Assembly (NCBI RefSeq): GCF_046119375.1
Contig: NW_027362764.1
Location: forward strand, 437,720,001-437,784,000
DNA from: Phyllobates terribilis
Lineage: Eukaryota
Direction of reading: 5' to 3'
Length of the DNA stretch: 64,000 nt
Part shown: in pieces, positions 1 through 14,021 of the stretch
Position numbering within the stretch: position 1 is the stretch's first letter
Layout of the letters: each line of letters begins with the position of its first letter
Made by a program: the position numbers and the translations under genes
The notes under the pieces: model-generated
Told to the model about the DNA's origin: nothing
The model's database searches: none
The model's input: the letters and a program-made list of their open reading frames with translations, nothing else

Positions 1-847
1 TATGAGCGCCACCCAGCGAATCTGCTACACACAGGTGATCTGATCATTGCTTGTAAGTAGCACAGGAGATCAGACAAGTGCAGCTTCAAGTCTCCCATGG
101 AGACTATTGAAGCATGCAGAAAGCGTAAAAAAAAAGTTTTTAAAAATATAAAAAAAATTAAAAAATATAAAAGTTTAAATCACCCTGTTTCAAAATAAAA
201 CTGTAAAAAAAACCACACATATACATATTTGGTATTGCCACATTCAGAATCGCCCGATCTATCAATATAAAAAAATAATTAATGTGATCGGTAAATTTTG
301 TTTTTTTGGTCGCCACAACCTTGCAATGAAATGCAATAACGGGCGCTCAAAACATCATATCTACCCTAAATTGTTATCGATAAAAATGTCAGCTCAGCGC
401 ACAAAAAATAAGCCATCACCCGGCCCCAAATCACGAAAAATGGAGACGCAACGTGTCTTGGAAAATGGTCCCATTTTTTTTAGCAAACTTTGCATTTTTT
501 TTAACCACTTAAATAATAAAGATCCTATACATATTTGGTATCTACAAACTCATAATGACCTGGAGAATAATAATGGTAGGTCAGTTTTAGCATTCAGTGA
601 ATGTGGCTAAAAAAAAAAAAAAAACAACTGTGGAATTGAACTTTTTTGCAATTTCACAGCACTTGGATTTTTTTTTCCTCTTTTGCAGGACACGATATGG
701 TAAAACCAGTGATGTCGTTCAAAAGTACAACTTGTTCCACAAAAAATAAGCCCTCACATGGCCATATTGACCAAAAAATAAAAAAAGGGAAAAAGGGGAG
801 CAAAACCCGAAAACGCAAAACTGGAAAATGCTTCGGTCATGTAGGGG
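1..847 (+). mobile_element. Right part of a non-autonomous TTAA-type (piggyBac-like) DNA transposon; start lies outside the window
   Basis: Ends in ...GGTCATGTAGGGG followed by TTAA (848-851). Internal blocks resemble 17000-17800 of the 16577-22439 element. No transposase ORF. Confidence 0.7.
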
Positions 848-1657
848 TTAAAGTGTAGGGATATAGGTCAGAGAGCAGAGCATATTTCACAAAGTGATAG
901 GAAAAGGCGCTAGCGTTTAATTACATTTAGTTGCATAAATAGGGAGAGATAGGGCAAGTGGCAGCGTAATTGAAAAATGTATTTAAAGTATACAATATTC
1001 TTAATCTTCTTGCAGTACAAAAGCTAGGAATCTCTCTCACACTCTCTCTGTCCTATAATAGCAATGAAACAAATTGGTTACAATATTGAGGAACAGCAAA
1101 ATATTCTATAAAACTGTTACAATGCAATTGGGCGTGCTGCAACTAAATTAGTCGCAAATAGAATAATAAAGATAATAGCTGAACCTGGCAAATTCAAATT
1201 TCAAAAAGTTTGATCATTTGTAATCACTGTGTTCGGTTATAGGTTGAACTCAATGAACTTGTGTCTTTTTTAAACCTTTAAACCTGAAGCTATTTTTTTA
1301 GTTAATTTTGAAGCATTTTGGAAGAGGTTTTTGTTTTTTCTGCAGCATTCATACCAATCTTTTGATTGGACATTGCCTAGTTTGGAGAGATTTCCTTCAG
1401 AATCCATTTCAAAGACATGACATTCACTTTCATTTTCCCACCTGGTGTTTTTCAAAACCTCTTCAGGAAAAAAAGAAGATCAAGAAACTTCTCATATGAA
1501 TATCAAAATTGATGTAACCAAAAGAAATAATTGAATAACCAGAAGAAATGAATAGGAAGAATCTTCCATGAGTTTTTGAAGTATTTTTTGAGGAAGATTT
1601 TGTAGAGGATCTTCTCTCAAATACTCCTCAAAAAATTATTTGTGAATATAGCCTTAA

Positions 1658-2270
1658 GGCTACTGTCCCACTATCAGTAGTCAGTATTTCACATCAGTAT
1701 TTAAAAGCCAAAGCCAGGAGTGGGTGAAAAATGCAGAAGTGGTGAAGTGTTTTCTATTATACCTGCATCATACCAGCGTATGGCATCCAATGCGAGGGCC
1801 ATAATGACCCTCGGCTCCTGCTCTGCTGCAAGCGGGAGCCTACTGTCATGCTACTGTGCTGCAATTCTCTCACATGAGAGGATCAGAGCACAGCTGCGGA
1901 AGAGATGGAGAAAGTGATTTCTCCATCTCCTTTGTGGCCTGACTCGGCGTATATCAGACTGCACTGAGCTGACATGTAAGTGCAGTCCGATGTTTCACTC
2001 GCATTCATAGACTTGTATGGGTGCGAATGAATTGAGTCTCGCTGCAAATCGCAGCATGCTGCCATTGTTCTCTCATGCCGAATCGGCATGAAAAAATAAT
2101 CGCTGATCTGCACTGCCCCATAGAATAACATTGGGTCGAGTGCTGTGCAATGTTTTATATGGTTATGTGACTCCGACCTTATACTTTTCCTCTGATTGTT
2201 CCACTCCTGATTTTGCCTTACAAATACTGATGTAAAATACTGATCAAATACTGATAGTGTGAATGTGGCC
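1658..2270. mobile_element. PIF/Harbinger-type MITE
   Basis: TAA flanks at 1655-1657 and 2271-2273. Imperfect inverted termini GGCTACTGTCCCACTATCAG / CTGATAGTGTGAATGTGGCC. ATCAGTATT / AATACTGAT subterminal inverted motifs and internal palindromes. Confidence 0.7.
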
Positions 2271-4050
2271 TAATATTACTACTACGGTATGTGAACGTAG
2301 CTCATGTTTGAAAATCTTACCTAAACTTGGGCCTTTTTAACATTTTAGTTTATTTTTGTAGAACAAGGAAAAATGGAGCAATTTTCATCAATATGCTGGG
2401 TTTGATGTTTTTACCTTCAGTGTGGATCAGTTTCTCTCATGTGGTAAAAGAATGTTTGAGGTTTCTCAAGCAACTTCTAATATTAATCACATCCAGAGTA
2501 AAACTTGAGCTCGTCACATCTGCAAGTTGTGGTTGTGACTGACTTTGTGTGCAGCTCTTTCTATTGATTCCCAAAGAGGTTCAGTGCAGAAATTGCCAGC
2601 TATAAATAAACACATAAAAATGCAATAAATGGACCAGATGAGGGCATATTGTGATTTTTTTTTACACGGACCCTCAGTCCACATGAAAATCACATGTGTG
2701 CATTGGCATACAGGTTATTATTGGGACACTTTGTTGTCTGTTGAGGAGATGGTTAGAACACTGACCGAGTCCTCACACAGTGAAAAACCGGAAAGCACTA
2801 AGATGCAGTTCGGATGCTATTAAAATACTATCCTTTTTATTTTTTTTTACTCACCCATTCACTTCAATGAGCTTGATTTATAAATAGGATCAGAAATGAA
2901 CATGTCTCTTTCTTGTATACTATCGGACTGAAAAAGAAAACTAGATATGTGAACATGTTCATAGACAATGGGTATGTGTACTGTAGGCAAAAGAAATTAT
3001 TGAAAATGTATGAGAAACACGGACATGAGAATTGACCCTAACATTGAATCAAAAATAAAAAAAAAATCCTTAAAATTCCTTGGCAATGTCAAGAAAGAAA
3101 ATAATCTCCATATTTGAATTTCCTTAAAAATTTTCAACAATAACACCATCACTACACTTGATTTTTTAAAGTTTCTTACCAGAATGATCATTCATATTAC
3201 CATTCTGTATTGATCATGTGAATTTGAATAAGGCATTTAAGAAAAATTGTGATGCATTGTCAGCTGAAAAGCATCAGATTTTGTCTGAATTTGGGCACAT
3301 AATCTGAATCATAGTGTAAACATGCGTGCAGAATTGCATCTGTATATCTTGGATTTCTGGAAGTCTAAAAATATAGGACATAAACACTGGGGGTGAGGGG
3401 CATTTACAGCACTATATTTTTGTGTTGCGATTGATATTTACTAAAGATCATATTCTATAGAGTTAATGAGTGGTGGTACCATGAGTATCAAGTGAATACA
3501 AGAACGAGGTCTTCATTGTGTATTAAGCATTGTTTTGTATACTTTGAATAGTGCCTGACACACTGCTGGATGATAGCTAATCAGTCAGCACACCAAATAC
3601 ATTGATAACAGTGGCTAGGAAAATTTAAAATGGGGTTTGTGCATGTAATAGTCACAATAAGATGGTGATTATTATTACATAATAACTCCACATATTGGAG
3701 ATTTCATTATTCTCTGACTATGAAGGAATTTCGATAAATGTAAATGAATAAAAATAAACTTTAAAAATCAGGCAAAAGTCCTGGAGATTTTCTATCTGAA
3801 ATTGTGCTTGGTGCATACATTTGTTACTAGGACAAGAAACTTGTTTTTTTAATACAGAAGTGAATTATGTTATGATTTTTTTAACCTTGAAAGTTGTTAG
3901 CATAGACTTTTGATGCATTATCAATGCAGATTCCTTATCTCCAAGTACCTAATCAGTCATGAGCTACAGTGTATCTGTACCTAGTATGTAAATGCATATC
4001 TTAAATTGCAGATTAGTTTATAGACATCTAACTTTTTAAACCATATGCAC

Positions 4051-5950
4051 TAGAGAACAGTGGATTGATCCATGGAAGATCAAATTTGAGTCAAATGTCC
4101 CAAAACCTGGAGTTCAAACAATCTGCAATTCGATTTACAATCATCAGAAAATAAATTGCCCTGCACCATTTAACGCATTGTGTACTCAGTGGGAGGGCAA
4201 ATGGTGTCAGGTGTAGCAGTGCAGCCTTCCCCAGGGGGGTCAGCTTTGGAGCAAGAAATATGGTATGTGCTGTTGGTGGAGAAAGTCCTACAGGGTCTTA
4301 TAAGTCTGGTCGCGGTAGTGGCTTGTTATACAAATAGGCGTCTCATCTGTGGGAGCTATTTTGAGCTGTCAGATAATTTTTTGACACTCTGCAGTCTTTG
4401 AAAGAGGAAAATATGCCATGGACATCCTTGCTTTTATAATCCATGATTATTTCTCATGAAAAGGTCTCCCTGTTTTCATGAGCAAGAGAATGCAAGCAGC
4501 TCTCTGGACTTTTTTAAATTTATTTATTTTACTCACTTACATAGCGCCATTAATTCCATAGCGCATTACAGACATTATCATCACTGTCCTCATTGGGGCT
4601 CACAATCTAGATTCCCTATAGGTATGTCTTTGGTGTGTGGGAGTAACTAGATAAAACCTATTCAAACACGGGGAGAACATACAAACTCTTTGCAGATGTT
4701 GTCCTTGGTGGGATTTGAATCCATATCCCCAGCACTGCAAGACCCATTATGACTTGTCTTTGAACTCCAAAGTGCACTGAATTATAGAAACCTGGAGTGA
4801 CAACTATGACCAAGGGCAATACATGAGTTTTACAGTTCATTGCAAGGTAGTGAATGTTTGTCTTGTCCTTCACCTCCTCTGCAATCTGTTCTGTTGACAT
4901 GATCCCTTCCACGAAAAGCACAGGACACATCATTGATTCCACACAGTGCCCTTTTTCCTTTTGCTCATGCAACACGAGGTTCTGCCAGTGTTATGACTTG
5001 GAAGCCTGGGAGAGAAAAGCCACAAGGTGGAAGAAGAAAAAAGGATTTTTCCGCACTTCCATCCATAAAATTCATATTTTTATTAGAAATTCATTTGAAA
5101 ACAGGAGGATCCATTATGAGGATAAAACCTTTGCCCTATATGAGCAAAAAGAATTAGGGGAACAGTGTGTAAAATCCTTCTTTCTTCTTTGATTCTACAA
5201 TAGCTGAGCTTAACCAGCCAGATTTGGCACCCATTCATCAACTTTACGGTGTATCCCAAACAATATTGGCGTGTTAATCTTCTTTATTTCTTTTATTTTC
5301 ACAAGGTGAAAGAGTTGCTTCTGTGCATTACAATGCTACTTGCTCACTGGCTGGTTCCCAGTGAGATATAATTTGTAATTGTTACAATGCCGGAAAATTC
5401 TGGCAGCCTTTCAGTCAGGCAAAAACTCTAATGCTCCATACACTTCCCGAATTTTATAATTCTAGATTTCTTTTACAAATACACATGCTTGAGAAAGGTG
5501 GTGGCTAAGGCCAGAAAAGTGTCATCTTATTTAAAAGGTGTTATGTGGCAAAACACTTATTCGTGGCTTTGAGAACAAAAAGAAGACAGGCTGCAAGAGC
5601 ACAAACTGATTTGTGATGTCGCAAATCACTACGATTCAATGCTGTATACTTTCCAGGTTTTGTATGATCAGAGTACAGTAGTGACATACTACATCATACC
5701 GCAGTAAAACTGAAGCATGGGTGACTTTGAGATTCAACACTGGTAGTTAGTGAGGTATGCATGTTATCTTACAAAAGCCCTTTGAAGATGCAGCAACATT
5801 TAAAATAGGGATGTTTGTGGTATCAGCAATGTAATCCCACTAGTATTTATCCTAAAAAAGACACTTACTTGCTCACAAGAGGAAATAGAGATACAATACG
5901 AATTTGAAACTTTCAGCGCTGCTCTGTAGAGAAGAAATAGTAGTATGAAG
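4051..5950 (+). pseudogene. Ancient, heavily decayed hAT transposase relic
   Basis: Manual translation gives ordered hAT-like motifs: YFS*KGLPVFHE (about 4450), VH*IIETWSDNYDQGQYMSFTVH (about 4775-4850), CLRKVVAKARKVSSY (about 5487-5530), HKLICDV (about 5600). TAGAG-type terminus-like sequence at 4051. Boundaries approximate. Confidence 0.55.
4510..4741 (-). mobile_element. tRNA-derived V-SINE-like element inserted in the hAT relic
   Basis: Minus strand shows B-box-like GGATTCAAATCC, the V-domain motif GAGTTTGTATGTTCTCCCCGTGTTTG, an L2-like 3' end (GCGCTATGGAATTAATGGCGCTAT) and an AAAT tail. Confidence 0.7.
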
Positions 5951-6139
5951 AGAAAAAGGAGTAACTTCTGAAAGGAAATCCAAATTAGGTTACTTCAAGG
6001 ATAAGTTACTTGCTCTGCAAAGCTGAGCTAACAGCCTAGTGCCCTCACAACTGACCGGCAGACCCCTCTACAATCCACTCAGACTCAATGTTACCCAGCC
6101 TGTGCCAGTGTTTTTCCTTTAAGTGGTGCCACCATAACT

Positions 6140-6432
6140 CCCATTTTTTCCCACTCAGCACGCCTGCTGTCTTGGAGTCATATTTGACACACAACTTTCC
6201 TTTATTCCCCATGGAAAATCACTTACTCGTTTATGTCACCTGCACCTTAAAAATATATCCAAAATCCGATCTTTTCTCACCTTTGATACTGCAAAAACTG
6301 TTACTGTAGCTCTTATTCAATACTGAAACTCTCTTCTAATCTGTCTCCCTGTTAACATTCTCTCTCCTCTCCAATCCATTCTGAATGCAGCAGCCAGGGT
6401 CATATTTCTATCAAGACGCTTCACCAATGCCC
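6140..6432 (+). mobile_element. L2 LINE ORF2 C-terminal fragment
   Basis: Translates with frameshifts to LGVIFDTQLSFIPH...CHLHLKNISKIRSFLT...LSPLQSILNAAARVIF, the typical L2 post-RT region. Homologous to the L2 at 30662-31496. Confidence 0.75.
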
Positions 6433-6449
6433 CCTATATTTCCATTGAC

Positions 6450-8134
6450 AGATGACGCACCTGAGTTGGAATTTACTTTTTTTGTTAAATTCAACCTTTT
6501 AGTGGAAACAATTTAAATAACATTTTGGATCACATTTATCCTGCTCTCTACGCCGAGTACTTCCATCGGTGTTTCCATCGAAATCTCTGAATGATGTCAT
6601 TCAGATGTAATCCCTGAGGGATTCATTACAATGAGGCAGCAGAGTTACTCTGGACTTTTTTGGGCCTCTGTTCAGTGGTATCCTTCCTATCAGAGGTGCA
6701 CAGAACTGAAGACACTCGAGCTTTTATGCACGCTTAAAAAGATTAACACTGCTGGATCATAGGTGAGACGGCATCCACTCTTTCTCCGTATGCTTCGTTA
6801 AAAGGAATCTCCTGCCGGGGATGCCATATGAATGAATCATGTATTACAGAGATTTGCAGAGATTTACATGGAAACCGCAGTGGAAGTGCTCAGCACAGAG
6901 CGCAGAAAAAATGTTAACCGAGCTTTAATGCGATCTTTGAGAGGAAGAATGAACAAATCAACAGCAAGTCAAGAATTTCTTTTGCAAAAAAAGATTTGTA
7001 GCACCATATTTTGAGAGCTATAATTTTTCTATATTTATGCTGACAGAATCATGTTAGGGCTTATTTTTTATGGGACAAGTTGAGATTTTTGTTAGCATTT
7101 TGAGCACATAAATTATTTTGATCGCTTTCTATTCCGATTTTTTGGAGGCAGAATAAACAAAAAACAGCAATTAATTTTTTATGTCATTCACTGTGTGGTA
7201 AAAGTGATAAGACATTTTATTCTTCAGGTCTGTACGATTACAGCCATACTACATTTATATATATTTTTGTTATGTTTTGACGTTTTTACACAATAGAAAC
7301 TATTTTATAGAAAAAAGAATTGTTTTTGCATTGCTATGTATATTCTGAGAGATATCGCTCTTCTTTCTCCACTGATGGAGTTGTATGGTGACTTGTTTTT
7401 GGGGAACAAGATGACATTTTTATTGATACCACTTTTATTCATATTCAACTTTTGATCGCATTTTATACCACTTTTTGTTTGGTGTTATATTGAAAAAGCA
7501 TAGTTTTTGCCACATTTTTTTACTGTGTTCATTGAAGGGGTTAACTAGTATGACAGTTTTATTGATTAGCTCTTTCAGGACACAGCGACACAAAATATGT
7601 GTACTTTCTTTGTTTATTTTTTTTTCATCAATATACCTATTTATTGGCATAATAGTTTTTCATTTTTTACTATTTTGTAATTTAAAAAAAAAAAATTTAT
7701 AATTTTTTTTACTTTTTTTAAACTTTTCTACTTAGTTCCCCTATGGGATTCTATTTCTCTGATCACTGGTATAATGTGGTATACATGTCAGTGTGACACT
7801 GACAGAACGCCTCTTAGACAATGCTCCTTGCATGGTTTAACCAGCTACTGTATAAGGCAGATCCAGATGTTGTCATGACGACCTTAGGTTGCCATAGCAA
7901 TGATCAGGCACTTAGAATAACATCATGTGGGTGGAGATCTGAAGGAGAAAGAGCAGCCTCCCTCTCCCAGCCTCCTTTATGCTATGATCACTATTGATCA
8001 CGCCACTTAGAGGGATAAATTGCCTGGGGCGGTATGTGCACTGATCCAGACTGTAACAGCCAGAGCTCACTGAACTTCCAGTGGCGATCGTGTGGACACT
8101 GCTCCTATAAACTCATGTCAAATATTGTGAAGGG
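6450..8134 (-). mobile_element. Truncated copy (left end) of the TTAA-type non-autonomous element family
   Basis: Reverse complement matches 16577-18790 in blocks (e.g. TTTTGAGAGCTAT; ATAACATTTTGGATC; GAGGCAGCAGAGTTACT). Terminus GTGAAGGG abuts TTAA at 8135-8138. Confidence 0.7.
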
Positions 8135-9074
8135 TTAAAGATAGTGATGAGTGAGTGTATTCGTTACTATTCGCTATTTGCATGGATAGTATGGTATTCG
8201 GGTTAATCGCTATTCGGCGAGTATTTGTGTACTCACCTCGCTGTATTCGGATGTCCCGCCCTGCAGTTTTGGCGCCTTCTTTGCAGCCACTAAACATGCT
8301 GGGCTTCTTAACCAATCACAGTAATGCTGCAGACATCTTGCTTGTGGCATTACTGTGATTGATTGGCCGCCCAGCATCATAGGGTCTATTTAAGCCCTGC
8401 CGCTGCCATTTTGTGCACATTGAGTCTGGAGCCTCTGTTCTATAAGAATAGGGAGAGATCGCTGAGCTGCTAGGTAGAGTGTTTAGGCCTCTTGATAAAA
8501 CAAAAGTCATTTTAAGGGCTATCTGCAGTGTATACTAGATCTGTGTTTAAAGGAGCCGCTCAGTAGCTCCATAATACCACCAAAAAATAGCTCTTTTCAG
8601 AACTGAAGACATACAGCAAAGTCAGAGTACAAGATTGAGAGATTGTGTATTAGGTAGTGTTCTTCTAGTGTCCATCTTAAAGCAGCTCTTGTCAGAGGCA
8701 AAGCAATATTTTTCCAGCACACAGAGTTGCTGCATTTTGTACTGCCTTTTTTTTTAAAAGCACCGGTCTATTCTCCCCGCTGTTTTAGGGGTCAGAGCCT
8801 GGCTTCTGCTGTCCACATTAGTCCACATAAAAAGGCGTTTGGTGCCTTATGCAAAGCAGTAGTCCAAACATTTCCTACTGCCTGCTACCAAGCACGCTCC
8901 AGCCCATTTTCCCAGCTGTTTTTAGGGTGACAGCCTGCCTTCTGTCCACATTAGTCCAATTAAAAAAGTGTTTAGTGCGCTACACAAAGCAGTAGTCCAA
9001 ATAGTTCCTACTGCTTGCTACAAATCACGTACCAGGCCATTTTCCCCACTGTTTTGGGGGTAACAGACTGCCAT

Positions 9075-9300
9075 TAGTGATGAGCGAGTGTATTCATTAC
9101 TATTCGCATGGATAGTAGGGTATTTAGTACACAAATACTCATTATTCCGAGAGTATTTGTGTACTCACTATATTCTGATGTCCCGCTCTGCAGTTTTGGC
9201 ACATTCTTTGCAGCCACTAAACATGCTGGGCTTCTTAACCAATCACAGTAATGCCACAGACATCTTGGTTGTGGCATAGTTGTGATTGGCTGGCCACCCA
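9075..9300 (-). repeat. Second, internal copy of the hAT 3' terminus (TIR plus about 225 bp)
   Basis: TAGTGATGAGCGAGTGTATTC at 9075 repeats the 8142 terminus, then joins directly to transposase sequence at about 9300. Confidence 0.9.
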
Positions 9301-11581
9301 GTGTGATAAGGTCGCAAATGAGTCGGTGACTTGGCAAATTCAAGCGCTTTTGCAGCTCTGTAAAAGCAGCAAAAGCAGTAGAGGAATGGCAGAAATGTGC
9401 ACTAATACGATGCACCTTCTCAAGTAGGTACGGCAAGTCACGGAAAGTTTTCAGAAATTTCTGAACAACTAGGTTCAGCACGTGAGCCATGCATGCCACA
9501 TGTACCATCTTGCTGATCTTTAAAGCCGCCACCAGGTTACACCCATTATCGCAGATGACCAGACCGGGATGGAGGTGCAGTGGGGAGAGTCACTGATCGG
9601 TCTGTTGTTTTAAAGCTTGCCACAGCTCTGTTGCAGTGTGTGTTTTCTGACCTAGACAGATAAGCTTCAGCAGAGCGTGTTGCCACTTTGCCAATACACT
9701 ACTGCACAGGTCCCAGCTTGGCAGTGATGGGGAGGGTAATTCAGCAGAGGATGATGAACAGGAGGATGGGAGAGAGGAAGTGGAATATGAAGAGGCGGAA
9801 ACCCTGACAGAAGTTGGGCCCTCTATTCTTAGCGTAGGTGGGATGTGTGATGTTCCAGTTTGCGCCTTTGTCCCACACTCCACCAGTTTCCCCCAGTGTG
9901 CCATGACAGAAATGTATCGTGTCTGTACACAACAATTTTTCCAGGTGTCTGTTGTTATGTGGACCTTCTGGGTTACTGCGTTGGTGAGAGCATGGTTCAG
10001 ATTGCTTAACACTTGTGTAATGCAGGAATGGCACACCGGGCAAAATAATGGTGGGTGGTTACACTGTATCGTGGGGCAGCCACTGCCAAGAGATGACAGA
10101 ACACTGTGTTCCCACAAGCCTAAACGGCAACATCTCCATAGCTAGCAATTTGGCAATGTGCGAGTTTATTATTTGTGCCTGTGGGTGCGTGGCTGGGTAT
10201 TTACGCATTCTTTCCAAGCTCTCAGGCACGGACAATTGGACGCTTTGCTAGCACAAGAAAGTGGATGTGGTTGATGTTTGTTGTGTGTGAGCAACCGAAG
10301 CTTGTGGGCAGGAGGTATGAGTGCCTGCTTCTTTAATAGCAGATTCTGAAGGATATAGCCCAGGCGACATGTCAAAAGTCTCCACCGAACCCAAAAGCAC
10401 TGCAGATACTGGCTGGTGATGAGCTCATGTAGCCTTTATCTATCCTTCATTCCCTCAAAATGGCTGGACCATAATTGTAAATAAGCCCCTGTACTTTGTG
10501 TCACCCCCACCTCATTGTAGATTGTAAGCTCTTACGAGCAGGGTCGTCATTATTTTTGCTTTAATTATTGTATTATCTTTAGCTATGTTACTTATGACTG
10601 TTGAATATGAACCTCTGAATTGTAAAGCCCTGCGGAATAGGTTGGCGCTATATAAATAAAGAGTATTATAATTATTATTGATTTGACCAGCAGACGCAGA
10701 ATCGGTACCCTGGTGTTCCGCCCACCTACTGGGCTGCTTGGCTGCCATGTGGTTTCTCATACTGGTGGTGCTCAGGTTGCTGTTGCCCTGGCCTCTGCTA
10801 CAGACTACAATATTTTTCTCTAAAAGATTTTCAGAAAAAAAAATTCCTCACAGAGGCTGAACACCCCCTTGCCCTTACTTGGCGCACAGCAGGGGTGCTC
10901 TTGGGAACAGTTAACACAGTTCTAACTCTGGGCAAACCACAACCCCTTGGTACCTGTGTTGGTGCTACATATCCATCTTCCTCTGTGTTGCCATCATGGC
11001 TATGCGTGCCATCTCATCCTCCTTCCCAGTTGACATTGTAGGCTGACCTGATGGCAACTGTGTCTCATCATCATCAGCCTCCACCTCTGGAGACAGTAAA
11101 TGACATTCCTCCAAGTGGCTTTCTTCTGGCTGTAGGTCCTCAAATACTTGAGCATCAATGCACGCCACCTCCTCTTGTCCCTCTTTAATGCTGCACGATG
11201 ATGGGCCAGAGCCAACCAAAGGATACATACCAAACAGATCCTCGGAGTGGCCAAGCTTGGGGTCATATGTCTCCTGTTACTGATAATGGTGGGAGAAAGG
11301 AGAATCAGCTTCAGGATTGGAAGGGCCAGCCTTCTGTGTATCCACAGTAGACTGTGTGGTCGTGGAAGATTTTTTGCTGCTTGACAAATGCGTAGAGGCC
11401 TTGTCTGCTATCCAAGACATAATCTGCTCTCGCACTTCTGGCTTCCACACACATTTACGTTCCAGACCGGGAACTTTTTTTTTGCATCAAGCTTCTTCTG
11501 ACCTGACACAGACTGAGTGCCTTCTCGCGCACCACTGACATCACCATGTCCACGTCCCTTAACAACAGGCTTTTTTGCCAT
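9300..11581 (-). pseudogene. hAT transposase pseudogene (N-terminal two thirds; C-terminus deleted)
   Basis: Start MAKKPVVKGRG at 11581. Fragments contain HMAAKQP (BED end), VHITTDTW, the first DDE aspartate region, VACMAHVLNLVV (CxxH) and RLICDL. Many frameshifts and an L2 insertion. Confidence 0.9.
10378..10680 (+). mobile_element. L2 LINE 3' end (3' UTR and ATT tail) inserted in the hAT B transposase
   Basis: Absent from the equivalent position in copy A. Ends TGTAAAGCCCTGCGGAATAGGTTGGCGCTATATAAATAAA...ATTATTATT, the same tail as the L2 at 30662-31496. Confidence 0.8.
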
Positions 11582-12731
11582 TTTAGGTTTTATTAAAAGA
11601 TTTGAGATGTTGATGGCACAAGCCAAGCTAGCTGTCACAGGCACAGCCGAAATAGTGAGTCAACCATGACTCACCCCATAGGGATAATTTTTGCAAACTC
11701 TATGAACATTGTGCAGTGGACAAATCTTAAATGTACAGTTGTCCTACCAAACTAATATTTTATCATTGGAGGCCCTTGTCACAGTTTGTGCCACATTGTG
11801 ACTGAGATAGGGGATACAAATTGAACAGTAATTTACACTCACTGTTGATGACCAAATAATGGCCCTCTGAAAACTTGAATTTAGGGCCACAACTACTACA
11901 GTACTCCATCGTAGATAATGTTTGTCAAGTAAGGCCCTTCTCATGGAATCTTCCTGCACCTATGACACAGCCCCCAGCCCCACGAGTAATTTTTGGAAAT
12001 ACGATGCACATTCTTAACTGGACCAAGTAGTACTGTATCAACAAGTCTTCTCTTGCTATATAATCTGGGGAATATTGACAATCAAAATTTCTGAGCCATT
12101 TGGAGAAGCTTCTCCAACCCATCCTGGGGGGGAGGGGGAGGGGCACCATTTATCATTTGTCCATTGACTTGCACAAAAGATATATTTGTGATTCGTAGGC
12201 TGCTACCTTCCAGTATTCCATGTCTCTTGGCCATTTTCTCTGTAGTCTCTGCCTTTAAATGAGTTAAATAATAGAGTGAGGGACCTACAATATGAATTAG
12301 CGAGGGCACTCTCATATGTACACAAGAGGCATCTCCAAAATATGTAGAGGAGGGAACTTCAAATTGTATGTTACAGGGCCACACAAGGGCTCTTACAAAA
12401 CTTAGCTTTCCTGCCTACTGCAGGCCCTCTGAACATTTGAATTTTTGGCCGCAGTATCACATGGTGGTGGAGGAGGTGGAGGAGTAGGAGGAGGAGGGTC
12501 AAGCCCAATGCTACAATGGGCACATTGTTAACTGCTATGGAGTAAGTATTCCACTATCTGAGTGTCAATGATGGATGGACTGCCCAAATGTCTAAGTAAC
12601 AGCTGTCCCTCCAAAATTCATGTTACAGAGCCACCTGAGGCCTCTCAGGTCAAAGATCAACATACCTACTAGTACGTTCTAGCTGTGCTTGTAAAGTGCT
12701 GGGGAATAACGAACTAAAAATGATGTATGAC

Positions 12732-13601
12732 TGTAGCATTGGCATCACTGCCCCCTGCCAGGCAGAGATGCTGTCCCCCTTACCGCTGAGGTCCTGCTCC
12801 GGCGTCTTCTGGCCTCCCCGCAGCTGCTGCTGGTGCACGCAGCTTGCCTGGCTCTGTGCTTAGGGCGCGTGCGCGCTCCCTCCCTCTTAAAGGGGCCGCA
12901 TGTGCCATCCTAAAAAGTACCCGGCCAATGGCAGGAGGACTTTCCCTATATAAGGCACCTCCTCCAATATGGAGGTGCCCGTGCAAGGTTGTTGCTCTGT
13001 GATACTTACTTTGCTTCAGCCCTCAGGTCCTCTGCAAGTCATTCCTGTCCACCAGTCTGGTCTTCAGTCCAGTCCGCCAGTCTGACTACTTTCCTGCCCG
13101 ACAGTCTGCCTACAGTCCAGTCCGCCAGTCTGTCTATGGGCTCTGCCCTCCTGCTTACCTGGAAGCACCTGCCTGTTACCTGCCGTGCCCGCCAGCCTGC
13201 TTACCTGGAAGCACCTGCCTGTTACCTGCCGTGACCGCCTGCCTGCTTACCTGGAAGCACCTGCCTGTTATCTGTTGTGCCCACCAGCTTGCCTACCCGG
13301 AGCACCTGTCTGGCTATCAGCCGAATCTGCCTGCCTGACTACCTGGACCACCCGTCAGCCTGCCTGCCATGCTCTTCCACTGTACTGGTCAGTTCCTGCC
13401 TTCTGACCCGTGGGAGTCACCTGCTCTCATACAAGGTCTGTCCCAGAGTGGCACCTAGTCCTTCTGCTCGGTCCCTCCCTGGTTCACGGAGTTGACTGAG
13501 CCGCCATGCGACCTTGGTCAGGCCGAGTAGATACTTAGTCACGCCCCTCTGGTCCCTCCTTGCACCGCAGCACAGAGGTTCCACCACCCGGATCCGTAAC
13601 A
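12732..13601 (+). mobile_element. Solo LTR (870 bp) inserted in the hAT B subterminal region
   Basis: TG...CA termini. 5-bp TSD ATGAC at 12727-12731 and 13602-13606. Empty site visible in copy A. Internal approximately 40-bp CACCTGCCTGTTACCTG tandem repeats. Orientation is assigned arbitrarily relative to 14022-15073. Confidence 0.9.
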
Positions 13602-14021
13602 ATGACAGAGGGACCTTCAAAATGTATAAGTCAGGGCCCTCCCAATTGTAAAAGGCAAAAAAAAGCCACAACAGTATGTATGAACAAACACTAAAAGGGA
13701 TATTTTTTTGGTTTCTCTGGTTTATTTAGCCTTATGTACAAGTGATTATGCAGGAAAAACTGTTTCTTAACCTTTTTGACCTGTTAAATGCAATTTAGGT
13801 TAGGTTTGTTAGTTGTTCTTGTGTGTCTGTAAAAGTGGCGTAATACTGCAACAAACATATTCCTAGAAACCATATGTGAGTCAGAAATGCATGCAGGCAC
13901 ATTCTCCAGGCTCTTGCCATTCTGTTTCATCCCTTTCCCATCCATTTCAGCCTTTTCCTCAGGCCCCCAGACCCCTTTGTAGGGTCCTGCAGAAAATTGC
14001 TCGCATTTCCCATTGACTTAC

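Noticed and set aside
860-4050. AT-rich interval with short ORFs and MITE-like scraps (e.g. 1255-1655, 2640-2920)
   Set aside because: Apart from 1658-2270, no paired termini, TSDs or protein motifs could be established by eye.
4658-4975. 105-aa minus-strand ORF as a host exon
   Set aside because: It is antisense to recognisable hAT relic motifs on the plus strand and has no domain or splice support.
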